A DNA stretch of 63,030 nt, filler included, from Octopus bimaculoides (lineage: Eukaryota), in the NCBI RefSeq assembly GCF_001194135.2. It is 6 parts of 6 records of this genome, joined end to end, with 100 filler letters (N's around TTAATTAATTAA, not from the genome) between each part and the next. Parts side by side here need not be neighbours in the genome. Positions count along the whole stretch, not along the records: positions 36,430 to 56,744 come from NC_069002.1; 5 more parts are not named here. The stretch is one strand, 5' to 3'. Each line of letters begins with the position of its first letter. Positions within the stretch are counted from its first letter, which is position 1. The notes beneath the pieces were generated by a model. It did no database searches and was not told the DNA's origin. It worked only from the letters and a program-made list of their open reading frames with translations. Position numbers and translations under genes: made by a program. Below, piece after piece: positions 40,250 through 51,129 of this stretch.

Positions 40250-41330
40250 AGTTTCACTGTTGTTCAGATGGACAATAGGAATTTATTGTAGTTGGTACAG
40301 AAACTCGGAGAACATAACAACAGAGTAAACGAACTCGTCCCGCAAACAAAACCAGACAGACTTCTGATACAAATGACACCAGATTTCTCTTCAGAACTCA
40401 TGGAAGATTTCTGACGTGATATCTGGAATGGTAAAAAGAATCCTGTGTTTAAGAGGTTCGAGTTACACTTCGGGTTTTCTTAGGACAATCATAAAACTTC
40501 TAATTACCAACTCTTAAAGCAAGTACCTTTTCCCAGCAATTCAGTCATGTTACAACTACGAGTGGGTTGTATAATTACACGTGGTCTGGGTCGGCTTACA
40601 AGAATGTAACACTTGTTCAACGATCTCAGGTCACTAAATTTAGATGAGATGACCTTCAGCTAGACAATAGTATCTGTTGTGTACGCACCTCTCTTTTTAA
40701 ATTTTAGACTAGAGGCTCACCTCTCTTTTTAAATTTTAAACTAAAGGCTCACCTCTCTTCGGCCGTCCTGGATCTAGTGGTATGCTCGTAATGTTTCGGG
40801 AAGTGATAAGTACGATCTTCTTTGACCTCAACAGTAGATCATAGGTTTGAGTAACATTGGGAACGGTAATGCTTTCTGTCTGGTGACCGTTTGAGTCCTG
40901 AAGGTTCGAGCTTCTTCACACATCTGGAAACATCACACTAAGACGTTTTAGTGAGTTATCAGAATGGCAACTTAGCTGTATTCCGGGACTGTATGCTACT
41001 TCCACTCAATCTCGTCCTACTTTTAATTTCTCAAATACATTAATGAGTGGGATGTTCTAAAACTGTCTCTCGATGTCTAAAAATATTGCTTTACCTACTC
41101 CAGTTAGGGCGTAAACCTCCACTACTCTGATGTTCCCACAGTCAGCTAAACTGCTGCTCACGTCCAGAATCACGGAATTACCATCCAGATTTAGGACAAC
41201 CGTATTTAACTCCAGGCTTAGATCTTTCAGAAACGGTACCTCGACACTGACCAAGTCCGACCGAAAAAGGCGTAAGCCTTGTAGCTATCCAGAAGGAGGG
41301 TGAACAATTTTGCCTAGGGAAATATTTGTG
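40250..41330 (-). mobile_element. Decayed LINE AP-endonuclease region (L1/Tx1-like), with a 32 bp tandem duplication at 40686-40759
   Basis: GNSVILDV....IRVVEVYALTG resembles the EN motif I.VYAP; multiple stops. Confidence 0.5.
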
Positions 41331-41384
41331 TCGCTAATGACTAACCCAATCATATGTTAAGTTATCCCTTAACCAAAGATTGTG

Positions 41385-41625
41385 TAGACGCGTGGCTTAG
41401 TGGTTAGGGTGTTGTACACATGATAGTAAGATTGTAGTTTCGATTCCTGGACCGGGCGATGCGTTGATTCTTGAGCAAAACACTTCACTTCACGTTGCTC
41501 CAGTCCACTCATCTGGCAAAAACGAGTAATCCTGTAACAGACCGACGTTTCATCCAGGTGGGAAATATACACGCCATGGAAACCGGGAAACCGGCCCTCA
41601 TGATCCAACATGGCTCGAGAAGGAA
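41385..41625 (+). mobile_element. SINE family D (tRNA-like head, CORE/V-domain-like body)
   Basis: tggcttagtggttagg A-box, gtttcgattcc B-box, cttgagcaaaacacttcac, catccaggtgg. Confidence 0.75.
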
Positions 41626-42291
41626 ATTCTGTTGTTTTTTATCTACCCTAAAATCACTGGCCTTCTGCAAAAATATGAGACCGTTCGAAAACTCCTTTGT
41701 GATCTTGTTGGGAGAACTGTCTCCTCAATGTTTTTTACTTGAATTAAAATACTTGACCCCGCTGGAGCGTTTTTACTCAATCAGCTTCTTGTTAGCCTTT
41801 GAGAACCCTCTTTTGCTGGGGGGTTCGCTTGGGTGTTGTTATGGTCGTAGTTGCTTCAACGCTTGTTGCCGTTGCTTTTCGTTGTTTCTGTTCTTGCTGC
41901 AGCTATTGCCGACTTTCTCTCTTCTTGTTGTTGTTGCTGTTGTTGTCATTGTTGTTGTTGTTCAACATGTTGTAGATATCTTTTATGCTGTTATTGTTTT
42001 TGCTGTAGTTACGGTTGACTGTTGTTGTTGTTGTTGTTGGAGAAGGTGTAGCTGTTCTTTTTGTTGTAATACTAACTGTTTTTGTTGTTACTGCTGCTGC
42101 TGCCATCGCTTTTATTGGAAAAGGTCGTGCTTATTCATGGCGGTACATTGTGGACTGAGATATTCAAAGAAATACCTAGCGTTCGGTCTTAATATTGAAG
42201 CTGCTACCATCATAACAGACACCGGTTAACAAGAAAGAAGACATTCGTTGCTATATATGAATAAAAGTTCGTGTAGTGTTATTAAACTCAC

Positions 42292-42493
42292 ATACTTTGC
42301 ATATTATAATTTATGAAAAAAAATAGACATACTGAAACTGTCATGTCGGTGAAAAGTAGCACTTTATATACATTATTTACATACAGTCTACATAAAAGTA
42401 TTTCTTCAACTTCATCTCTTGCAATAAGAAGCCATACTTTCACTTGAGTATTTAACGGTAAAAATTGATGTGTTTCTACTTCAATAAAATGAA
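42292..42493 (-). CDS. Candidate internal exon, membrane protein (loop then TM)
   Basis: acttcttcag| acceptor and |gtgagt donor, 202 bp open only in phase 1 to 2: HFIEVETHQF...LLCRLYVNNVYKVLLFTDMTVSVCLFFFINYNMQS. Confidence 0.45.
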
Positions 42494-42688
42494 CTGAAGA
42501 AGTCTTCACAAGTGAGGTGTGTCGCCCAACTTCACTTCATTGATATAAAACCTCAATACTTGTTATTAATGTTCACTTACGCCACAGATTCTCTCTCATT
42601 AATAATTGTTGAAATGTAAATGGCAGAAATCTTACACTGCACTTTAATGTGCTGTCATTTTTCTAAGGAAAGTGTTTAAATCAACAAG

Positions 42689-42689
<1 letters not shown>

Positions 42690-42785
<96 letters not shown>
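42690..42785. repeat. (TTA)n microsatellite, about 31 units
   Basis: Direct reading. Confidence 0.95.
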
Positions 42786-42786
42786 G

Positions 42787-43005
42787 GCAAGGTGACGAGA
42801 TGACAGAATCATTATCGCTCTGAACAAAATGCTTAACAGCATTTCGTCGGTCCTTACATTCTGAGTTCAAATTCCGACGAGGTCAACTTTGCCTTTCATC
42901 CTTTCGGGGTCGATGAAATAAGCACCAGTTACGCACTGGGTGGGGGATTTAATCGACTAGCCCCCTCCACCAAAATTTCAGACCTTGTGCCTATAGTAGA
43001 AAAGA
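42787..43005 (+). mobile_element. SINE family B
   Basis: ggcaaggtgacgagatgacagaatc...ccttgtgcctatagtagaaaagatt. Confidence 0.85.
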
Positions 43006-43009
43006 TTTT

Positions 43010-46000
43010 TTTTTCTTCTTTCTTAAAATTTTCTTCCAATTCTCACCGAGGGCAGAGAAACTCGTTGTGTCCATTCCCAGTTTACACACGCAAATTCACA
43101 GGTAAAATATGTATTTAAAAAAATTAATAAATAAATAAATTCATGATGGATGTTGTTTTCACAGCGATAATGCTCTTCTCAGTACATGAGTCGTTCCAGT
43201 TAGCACGATTTTTTGCACTTCATGTAGGGATGGTAAGCCTGGTATCATTTTCAAATAGGTTTCAGTACCTTTTTTTATCATTCCTAGAGATCCTACAATC
43301 ACTGGTACGGTAGTCGCCTTGAGATGCCACATTTTTTCAATTTCTATTAGCAAGTCTTTATATTTACTGATCTTGTCAAATTCTTTCGACGCTATATTGT
43401 GATCGCAGGGAATATTCATGTCAATTAATTAAGACACCATTTTTGACTGATCTTTTATAATAATATCCGGTTTATTGGTTTTTATAGTTTTGTCGGTATG
43501 TACGGGGAAGTCCCAGAGTATCGACACATTTTCTCCCTCAGTCACAGCTTCAGGATGGTGTTTATACCATTTGTCAGCGGTTTTGATTTTATAATGCTGA
43601 CATATTGTCCAGCGTAAATACTGGCCGACTCTGTCATGTCTTGCTTTATAATCTATAGGTGCTAAGACTCTACACCCTGAGATTAGGTGGTCTATAGTTT
43701 CAATCGCATCGTTACAAAATCGGCATTTTGGGTCAGCTCCATTTTTTATCACATTGGCTTGGTAGTTCCGGGTTAATAAGCTTTGGTCTTGAGCAGCCAA
43801 TATGAAACCTTCACTCTCTGCTTTTAGCCCTGAACTTCGTAACCACTGATGCGTGTGTTTCTGGTCGACATCAGCTTGTTTGCTACGAGCCACATACTTG
43901 CCATGCAGAGGTTTCTCTTCCCATCTGCTAGCTAATATTTCATGTGCTTTTGTCTTTGCAGTTAATTTTATTTTCTTTGCAGCAGAAGTTGGCGCATTTC
44001 CTTCAACCTGATCAAGCTGGTAGGTATCTAAGAGATCAGTAGCGAATATTTTGCTCTCTTTCAGAATTGAGTGAAGTTTTTCGGTCTTTCATGTTTTTCT
44101 ACAAGTTTTAGCATTCAATCGTTGGTTGTTTCAAGGTATTTGGCCAGTCCGATTGTGGTGGTTTTGTACGTAAGTTCAAGCTGGATCAAGCCTCGACCTC
44201 CCTGAGCTCTGGGAAGGTAAAGACGATCCACGTCTGCCTTTGGGTGGTGCATCTTATTACAAGTCAGTAGCTTGCGGATTTTTCTATCAATTTTGACTAT
44301 TTCACTGGTATTCCAGTTAAGCACATTGAAGCTATAAAGAACAACTGAGACTGCTAAGGAATTTATGGCTAACACCTTATTATATGCATTCAGCTCAGAC
44401 TTCAGGACTGCTCGAACTCTTCTATAACATTCCTTCCTAACCTTCTCTTTCATGCTTGCATGCTGGATACCCNNNNNNNNNNNNNNNNNNNNNNNNNNNN
44501 NNNNNNNNNNNNNNNNNNNNNNNNNNNNNNNNNNNNNNNNNNNNNNNNNNNNNNNNNNNNNNNNNNNNNNNNNNNNNNNNNNNNNNNNNNNNNNNNNNNN
44601 NNNNNNNNNNNNNNNNNNNNNNNNNNNNNNNNNNNNNNNNNNNNNNNNNNNNNNNNNNNNNNNNNNNNNNNNNNNNNNNNNNNNNNNNNNNNNNNNNNNN
44701 NNNNNNNNNNNNNNNNNNNNNNNNNNNNNNNNNNNNNNNNNNNNNNNNNNNNNNNNNNNNNNNNNNNNNNNNNNNNNNNNNNNNNNNNNNNNNNNNNNNN
44801 NNNNNNNNNNNNNNNNNNNNNNNNNNNNNNNNNNNNNNNNNNNNNNNNNNNNNNNNNNNNNNNNNNNNNNNNNNNNNNNNNNNNNNNNNNNNNNNNNNNN
44901 NNNNNNNNNNNNNNNNNNNNNNNNNNNNNNNNNNNNNNNNNNNNNNNNNNNNNNNNNNNNNNNNNNNNNNNNNNNNNNNNNNNNNNNNNNNNNNNNNNNN
45001 NNNNNNNNNNNNNNNNNNNNNNNNNNNNNNNNNNNNNNNNNNNNNNNNNNNNNNNNNNNNNNNNNNNNNNNNNNNNNNNNNNNNNNAAAATGCCACAGTT
45101 TATGCTAATATTGTTTGAGTACAATACTCCATTAGAATGATATAATTGCAGCTTCGTGTTCCATAGTGACATATTATACTTTAAAAAATCTGAAATCACA
45201 GGAGAAATTTTGAAAATGTCCAGCGATTTCAGAATCCACGAATGTGGTATGCTGTCAACGGCTTTTTTATAATCAATCCATGAAGAGCTGAGATTTCTGC
45301 ACTTGTTATGGCAGTTCTCAAGGATCTTGCGATTAATTAGGAGCTGATCTTTGCATCCATATGAGCCTCGTCTGCATCCTTTTTGTTCAGTGGGAAAGAG
45401 GTTATTCTCTTCCATAAACGTATATGCTTTCTCCACTAGAGTAGATGTCAAAATCTTATAGGCAGTAGACAAACATGTTATAAGCCGGTAGTTTTGGGGG
45501 TCTTTGGTTTCGTTATTTTTGGGGAGTTTGCCATCCAATGGGGAGTTTTTTCCAGGTCTTTCATAATACTATTAAATAGTATTACTAACATTTTGTGTGC
45601 GGACGAGAGTGATGAGAGTCAGAAATTTGGTACTCTGTCAATACCAGGGGATTTCCACTTATGAGCCTTCGTTAGTGCCCTCCTTAGGTCGGCGATTGAG
45701 ACGTCTTCCCATACCTGTTCTTGTAAATATTTGCAGGCATCTGGGTGCGTTTGATCCACTCTGCATTTTCATTGTATGGTTTCTCATCACTCCAGATCCC
45801 TTTCCAAAAGTTTTCAACTTTCCCCATTAGGGGTGGATTTTCAATGATTATTTTTTTCTTTCCCTATTTCCCTGTAAAATGATTTGGCATTGGATTTGAA
45901 CATCTTATTTTGCTTGTAGAATTTGATTCTTTTCTCAAATCTGCGTATTCTCTGAGCTTTTGCTTGAACTTTTTGTTTAAGTGTTTCTTTTACTGACATT

Positions 46001-47030
46001 AGTTCTTCTCTTGTTGAGAGTCCATATTCTCTTACAATCTTCTTGCCTTTTCTTGATTTTACACCATTTCCATAGATTAGCGCAGTTAATAATGATATCT
46101 CCCTTCGGATGATTCAATCTCAGTTTCAACTCTACTCCTCCAGTTTGATTTTCTTTTCGAATTTGGTATTGTTAGCTTTCTGGATGTTAAACAGCGTCTT
46201 TCGATTACCTTAGTAACAGAGCAAATAATTTCATTTAACTTATTAAGATCGGGTTTTAGTTGTTGTATGATTTCTTATGTAACGCAGTTGCCAATTTTTA
46301 TTTGTGTTTCATATTGGTGTGCATTTGAGAGTTTATAGAGTGATTCCCTATCGTTCATATTTGTATGCCCTACAACTGCAAGCTCATTCAGAACTTCCTG
46401 CTTCATTTCAATGATCGATTTTCTGTGTTGTTAAGCAAATATGTGGTCTCCAAATTCTGTTTTGACATCATTTTCCTGGCTGTTTTTTCAAGGGTCATTA
46501 TATTTTTCTTTTTCTTCAGGCTCTTGAGTGGTTTCGGCAGATTGTCGCCTTTCAGTCAATGTTTGTGGTCCAACATTCCTCTCCTCTGCTTCGTTATTTC
46601 TTTCCTGACTTATATTTAGGTCATTCTCAACCACTTTTTTAATAAAGGCTAATTCTGCATCTGTGAGTCTGGTATTTCTAAGGATATCTCTTCTAACATT
46701 TGCTAATCTGTTTTCATCAAGATTTGGTCTGCTAGCTGGATTCCGGCTCCTCCAAATTCTGGAGGAGTTTGCGGTAATAAGCGTATATTACTTCTTTACA
46801 TTCTTCCCGGTTCCATTTAGTTCTTTTACATTTTTGATTTTGTGGTCGTTGTGGTGGTGAACTTTGGGGGCTTAATTTGGGACAAATCCCGTTTAAGTGA
46901 CCTTCCAGGTTCGTATTCGAGGAAGATATTCTGCCATTTGAAAATTTTTCGCTGTCAGGCAGACAGCCTCCTGCCATGCACACTTCCAGAATAACCATTG
47001 GACAAGCGATTCGGTGTACTGTTTGAAATT
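43010..47030 (-). mobile_element. R4/Dong-type non-LTR retrotransposon (RT, CCHC, REL endonuclease), near full length, inactivated
   Basis: RT: NYRLITCL, EQKGCRRGSYGCKDQLLIN, WIDYKKAVDSIPHSWI; CRFCNDAIETIDHLISGC; NKPDII; KISKYKDL...VPVIVGSLG; N-terminal KRTKWNREECKEVIYAYY; frameshifts. Confidence 0.95.
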
Positions 47031-47797
47031 TTCTTTTCTTTTTAAGTAAAGTTAAATTATTAAATTTTCATTAAAAAAACAATTTTTATTTTATTTTATT
47101 TATTTATTTATTTTAACCACTAATCTTCATACAGGGGCCGCATTTATCATCATTAGCAGCAGCAGCACCACCACTACCACCAGTAGTTGTAGTAGCAGCA
47201 GCAATATCACTATCAGCAGCAGCGGCAGTGGTAATNNNNNNNNNNNNNNNNNNNNNNNNNNNNNNNNNNNNNNNNNNNNNNNNNNNNNNNNNNNNNNNNN
47301 NNNNNNNNNNNNNNNNNNNNNNNNNNNNNNNNNNNNNNNNNNNNNNNNNNNNNNNNNNNNNNNNNNNNNNNNNNNNNNNNNNNNNNNNNNNNNNNNNNNN
47401 NNNNNNNNNNNNNNNNNNNNNNNNNNNNNNNNNNNNNNNNNNNNNNNNNNNNNNNNNNNNNNNNNNNNNNNNNNNNNNNNNNNNNNNNNNNNNNNNNNNN
47501 NNNNNNNNNNNNNNNNNNNNNNNNNNNNNNNNNNNNNNNNNNNNNNNNNNNNNNNNNNNNNNNNNNNNNNNNNNNNNNNNNNNNNNNNNNNNNNNNNNNN
47601 NNNNNNNNNNNNNNNNNNNNNNNNNNNNNNNNNNNNNNNNNNNNNNNNNNNNNNNNNNNNNNNNNNNNNNNNNNNNNNNNNNNNNNNNNNNNNNNNNNNN
47701 NNNNNNNNNNNNNNNNNNNNNNNNNNNNNNNNNNNNNNNNNNNNNNNNNNNNNNNNNNNNNNNNNNNNNNNNNNNNNNNNNNNNNNNNNNNNNNNNN

Positions 47798-47857
47798 GAT
47801 TGACTTAATCCCTTTCCCTAAATTTGAGGCCTTGTGCTTCCACTAGAAAGAATTCTG

Positions 47858-47924
<67 letters not shown>

Positions 47925-48560
47925 GTTGTGGTGGAGATTGTTAGATCAACAATAAAATGCCTGGCAGTATTTCTTCTGGTTCTCAACATTCTGAGTTTAA
48001 ATTCCTCTTAAGTTAACTTTACCGTTCATCCATTCCAAGTCAATAAAATGTGGTCCCAATTAAGTACGGGGTTCGATGGTATCGCTTCTTCCCCTCTGCT
48101 CAGAATCCTTTGTCTTGTGCCTAAAACAGAAACATTAAGGGCGATGAAATAGCAGAAACCTTAGAGCATTGGAAGATTGCAGTATTTCTTCGAGTTCTGT
48201 ATTGCTGAGTTCAAATCCTGCTGGGTTCAAATTTGTCTCTCATCCTTTTGGGGTTAATAAAATAAGGTACTAATCTAATAGTAGGTTTGAGGGTATCTAC
48301 TAACCCTCCTCGCCTCAAAATTGCTCGCCTTATGTCTATATCATATACCATTAGGCGGCGAGCTGGCAGAATCGATAGAGCGTCACAAAAATGCCACACA
48401 ATGTTTGTTCAGGCTCTTTAGATTTTGGATTCAATTCTTGCCGAAACCAACTTTGCCTTCGTTCTTTTGGGGTCGATATAATAAAGTACCAGTGAAGTAA
48501 CTTAGGTCAGTTTTATCGAATAACCCACTCATCTCAAAATTGTTGGCCTGGTAATTGAAT
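47798..48560 (+). mobile_element. Head-to-tail chain of SINE family B copies (one remnant plus three diverged copies)
   Basis: Family B heads at about 47925, 48140 and 48352, each followed by body and tail. Confidence 0.75.
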
Positions 48561-49096
48561 CAGAATTCATTATTTTGGGATCGTGAAATATTAATTGATT
48601 TATTTCGGGCGTTCTACACTTAAGCGAAGTGAAATGACATTAATTTTAAAACAAGTGGCATCATGATTTTTTTCTCAATTGTATACAGCGCCGCAAATCA
48701 CAGTTTTACACATGAAGAGAATTAAATTTGTTTGGCATTCACTTCTTTCTCATAGAGATATAGGGACATTTAGATGACACCATCCGGAAATAAAAAAAAA
48801 ACAAAATGTGAAATTGCCTTAGCATTAACAGTTTGCCATCAATTCGAATTTCACTTTCAATTCACTATTTCTACCAGAAAATCACAGCAGATTACAGTGT
48901 ATAAACAACCCAAATAATGAATAAAACATTTGATGATGTTGGCCGGTGACAAAATTGGAGACAGAACGTCAGCGACCTCTTGTAGCTCTTATAACTGATA
49001 CGTTTGTTATACAGATAAGTTATTACATGCAGAGGGACATGAATTAATAAATAAATATGCTACAATCGTTATCCCACAAACTTGAAAATAAGAATC

Positions 49097-49180
<84 letters not shown>

Positions 49181-49251
49181 CTATTCCCCTCAATCTCTCA
49201 GTATCTATGTCTGTCAGTCTCTTTCTTTCTTTCTCTCTGTCTTCTCTCTCT

Positions 49252-49289
<38 letters not shown>

Positions 49290-49496
49290 CTTTTCTCTAT
49301 CTTCCCTTTCTCTCTCTCTCTCTCTCAAATTATTTATTACAACATTTGCTGTTGGTTTGGTAAAAATATTACTTCACACTTCCGTTCTTGAAAAATAAAC
49401 ACATATTTTATAAATTTGAGTTTGGTGAGGAAATTTTTCAGTAAAGAAAAAAATTTTTATAGATATTTAATTATGTATCTTTGACGAGTTCTTTAC

Positions 49497-49652
49497 CGCT
49501 GAAACATAAGCAAAATACAAGCTACAATGAACAAGCAGAGAACACGGTTTCGAATCTTTGTGGAATACATTTTGCCTCGAAGGAATATTATAAATATTAA
49601 TGTATATATCGGTGGCCAGGTCTTTAAAGCAAAAATATAAGTAAATAACAGG
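49497..49652 (-). CDS. Candidate internal exon, membrane protein (two hydrophobic segments around a basic loop)
   Basis: cctctgtttctttgtcgtag| acceptor and cg|gtaaag donor, 156 bp phase 2 to 2: LLFTYIFALKTWPPIYTLIFIIFLRGKMYSTKIRNRVLCLFIVACILLMFQR. Confidence 0.45.
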
Positions 49653-49886
49653 CTACGACAAAGAAACAGAGGATACAGTTCCAAATTTCATATCAAATAC
49701 CTCTCGAATGCGCCTATCAAAAGTCTTAATATGGCGTCAACATTAAATATTGTTTTCATATTCTTGTCATGGGAGGTCGTCAGTGTTCATTACACTTTTA
49801 CATGTCTCTGTGCCTGGTGAGAAAGAATAAGGGAGAAATTGGAATATCCTCTAACGGGGACTTGGTTCAAATGTTTGCAATAGAAG

Positions 49887-49922
<36 letters not shown>

Positions 49923-50254
49923 NNNNNNNNNNNNNNNNNNNNNNNNNNNNNNNNNNNNNNNNNNNNNNNNNNNNNNNNNNNNNNNNNNNNNNNNNNNNNN
50001 NNNNNNNNNNNNNNNNNNNNNNNNNNNNNNNNNNNNNNNNNNNNNNNNNNNNNNNNNNNNNNNNNNNNNNNNNNNNNNNNNNNNNNNNNNNNNNNNNNNN
50101 NNNNNNNNNNNNNNNNNNNNNNNNNNNNNNNNNNNNNNNNNNNNNNNNNNNNNNNNNNNNNNNNNNNNNNNNNNNNNNNNNNNNNNNNNNNNNNNNNNNN
50201 NNNNNNNNNNNNNNNNNNNNNNNNNNNNNNNAAATAAATGATTTAGGAGAGTTT

Positions 50255-50595
50255 TACGTTACAAGGTAAAAATCGGAAAAATATACAGTTCTATATTTAA
50301 GAGATGAGGAATTATGTGCATTATTTACATTAATTACATTATTTACATTTGACGGATATTTGTCCTCATCTTGTTTGTTGCTAACACAACGTATCGGCTG
50401 ATATACCCTCCAGCCTTCATCAGGTGTCTTGAGGAAATTTCGAACCTGGGTTCTCATTCCTAAGGTATTTTTTGATGTTGTTGTTGTTGTTGTTGTTATT
50501 ATTATTATTATTATTATTATTCAGTTCACTGCCTGAATCGAACTCGGAATCTTGGGGTTAGTAGCCCGCGCTCTTAACCACTACGCCATATGCCC
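50255..50595 (-). mobile_element. tRNA-headed short element carrying a hammerhead motif and an (AATGTAAAT)-like tandem tail
   Basis: Head 50595-50523 with A-box tggcgtagtgg and B-box gagttcgattc; (TAA/CAA)n linker; hammerhead at 50428-50383. Confidence 0.75.
50383..50428 (-). ncRNA. Minimal type I hammerhead ribozyme motif (GAAA changed to GATA in this copy)
   Basis: GACAC CTGATGA A GGCTG gagggtatat CAGCC GATA CG TT GTGTT; stems I and II pair. Confidence 0.75.
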
Positions 50596-50726
50596 GGCAA
50601 AAACATGTTCACAGAAAGTTTAATGATCTTCAAAGAAATAGATAGTAATATCGATGTAAATGTTCGGTGAAGATCATAACAAATGTACATTATTGAAAGT
50701 TCAGTCATATTGAGTTTTTATTAAAA

Positions 50727-51125
50727 GGCGCGGCAGTGACTGTGGGGTAAGTAGCCTGCTTGCCAACCACATAGTTCCGGGTTCATTCCCACTGCGTCGC
50801 AACTTGGGCAAGTGTCTTCTACTATAGCCTCGGGCCGACCAAAGCCTTGTGAATGGATTTGGTAGACGAAACTGAAAGAAGCCCGTTGTATATACATACA
50901 TATATGTACGTATATGTTTGTGTGTCTATGTTTGTCCCCCCAACATCGCTTGACAACCGATGTCAGTGTGTTTACGTCTCCGTAACTTAGTGATTCGGCA
51001 AAAGAAACCGATAGAATAATTACTAGGCTTACAAAGAATAAGTCCTGGGGTCGATTTGCTCGACTAAAGCCGGTGTTCTAGCATGGCCGCAGTCAAATGA
51101 CTGAAACAAGCAAAAGATTAAAAGA
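50727..51125 (+). mobile_element. SINE family A, full length
   Basis: aggcgcggcagtgactgtggggtaag...gactgaaacaagcaaaag. Confidence 0.9.
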
Positions 51126-51129
51126 ACGA

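Noticed and set aside
41471-42229. 252 aa plus-strand ORF
   Set aside because: Runs through SINE D and a (GTT)n low-complexity tract; no recognisable domain.
50523-50595. tRNA gene
   Set aside because: Anticodon stem pairs only 3 bp, the anticodon would be the atypical ACT, and it is fused to repeat sequence; treated as a SINE head.
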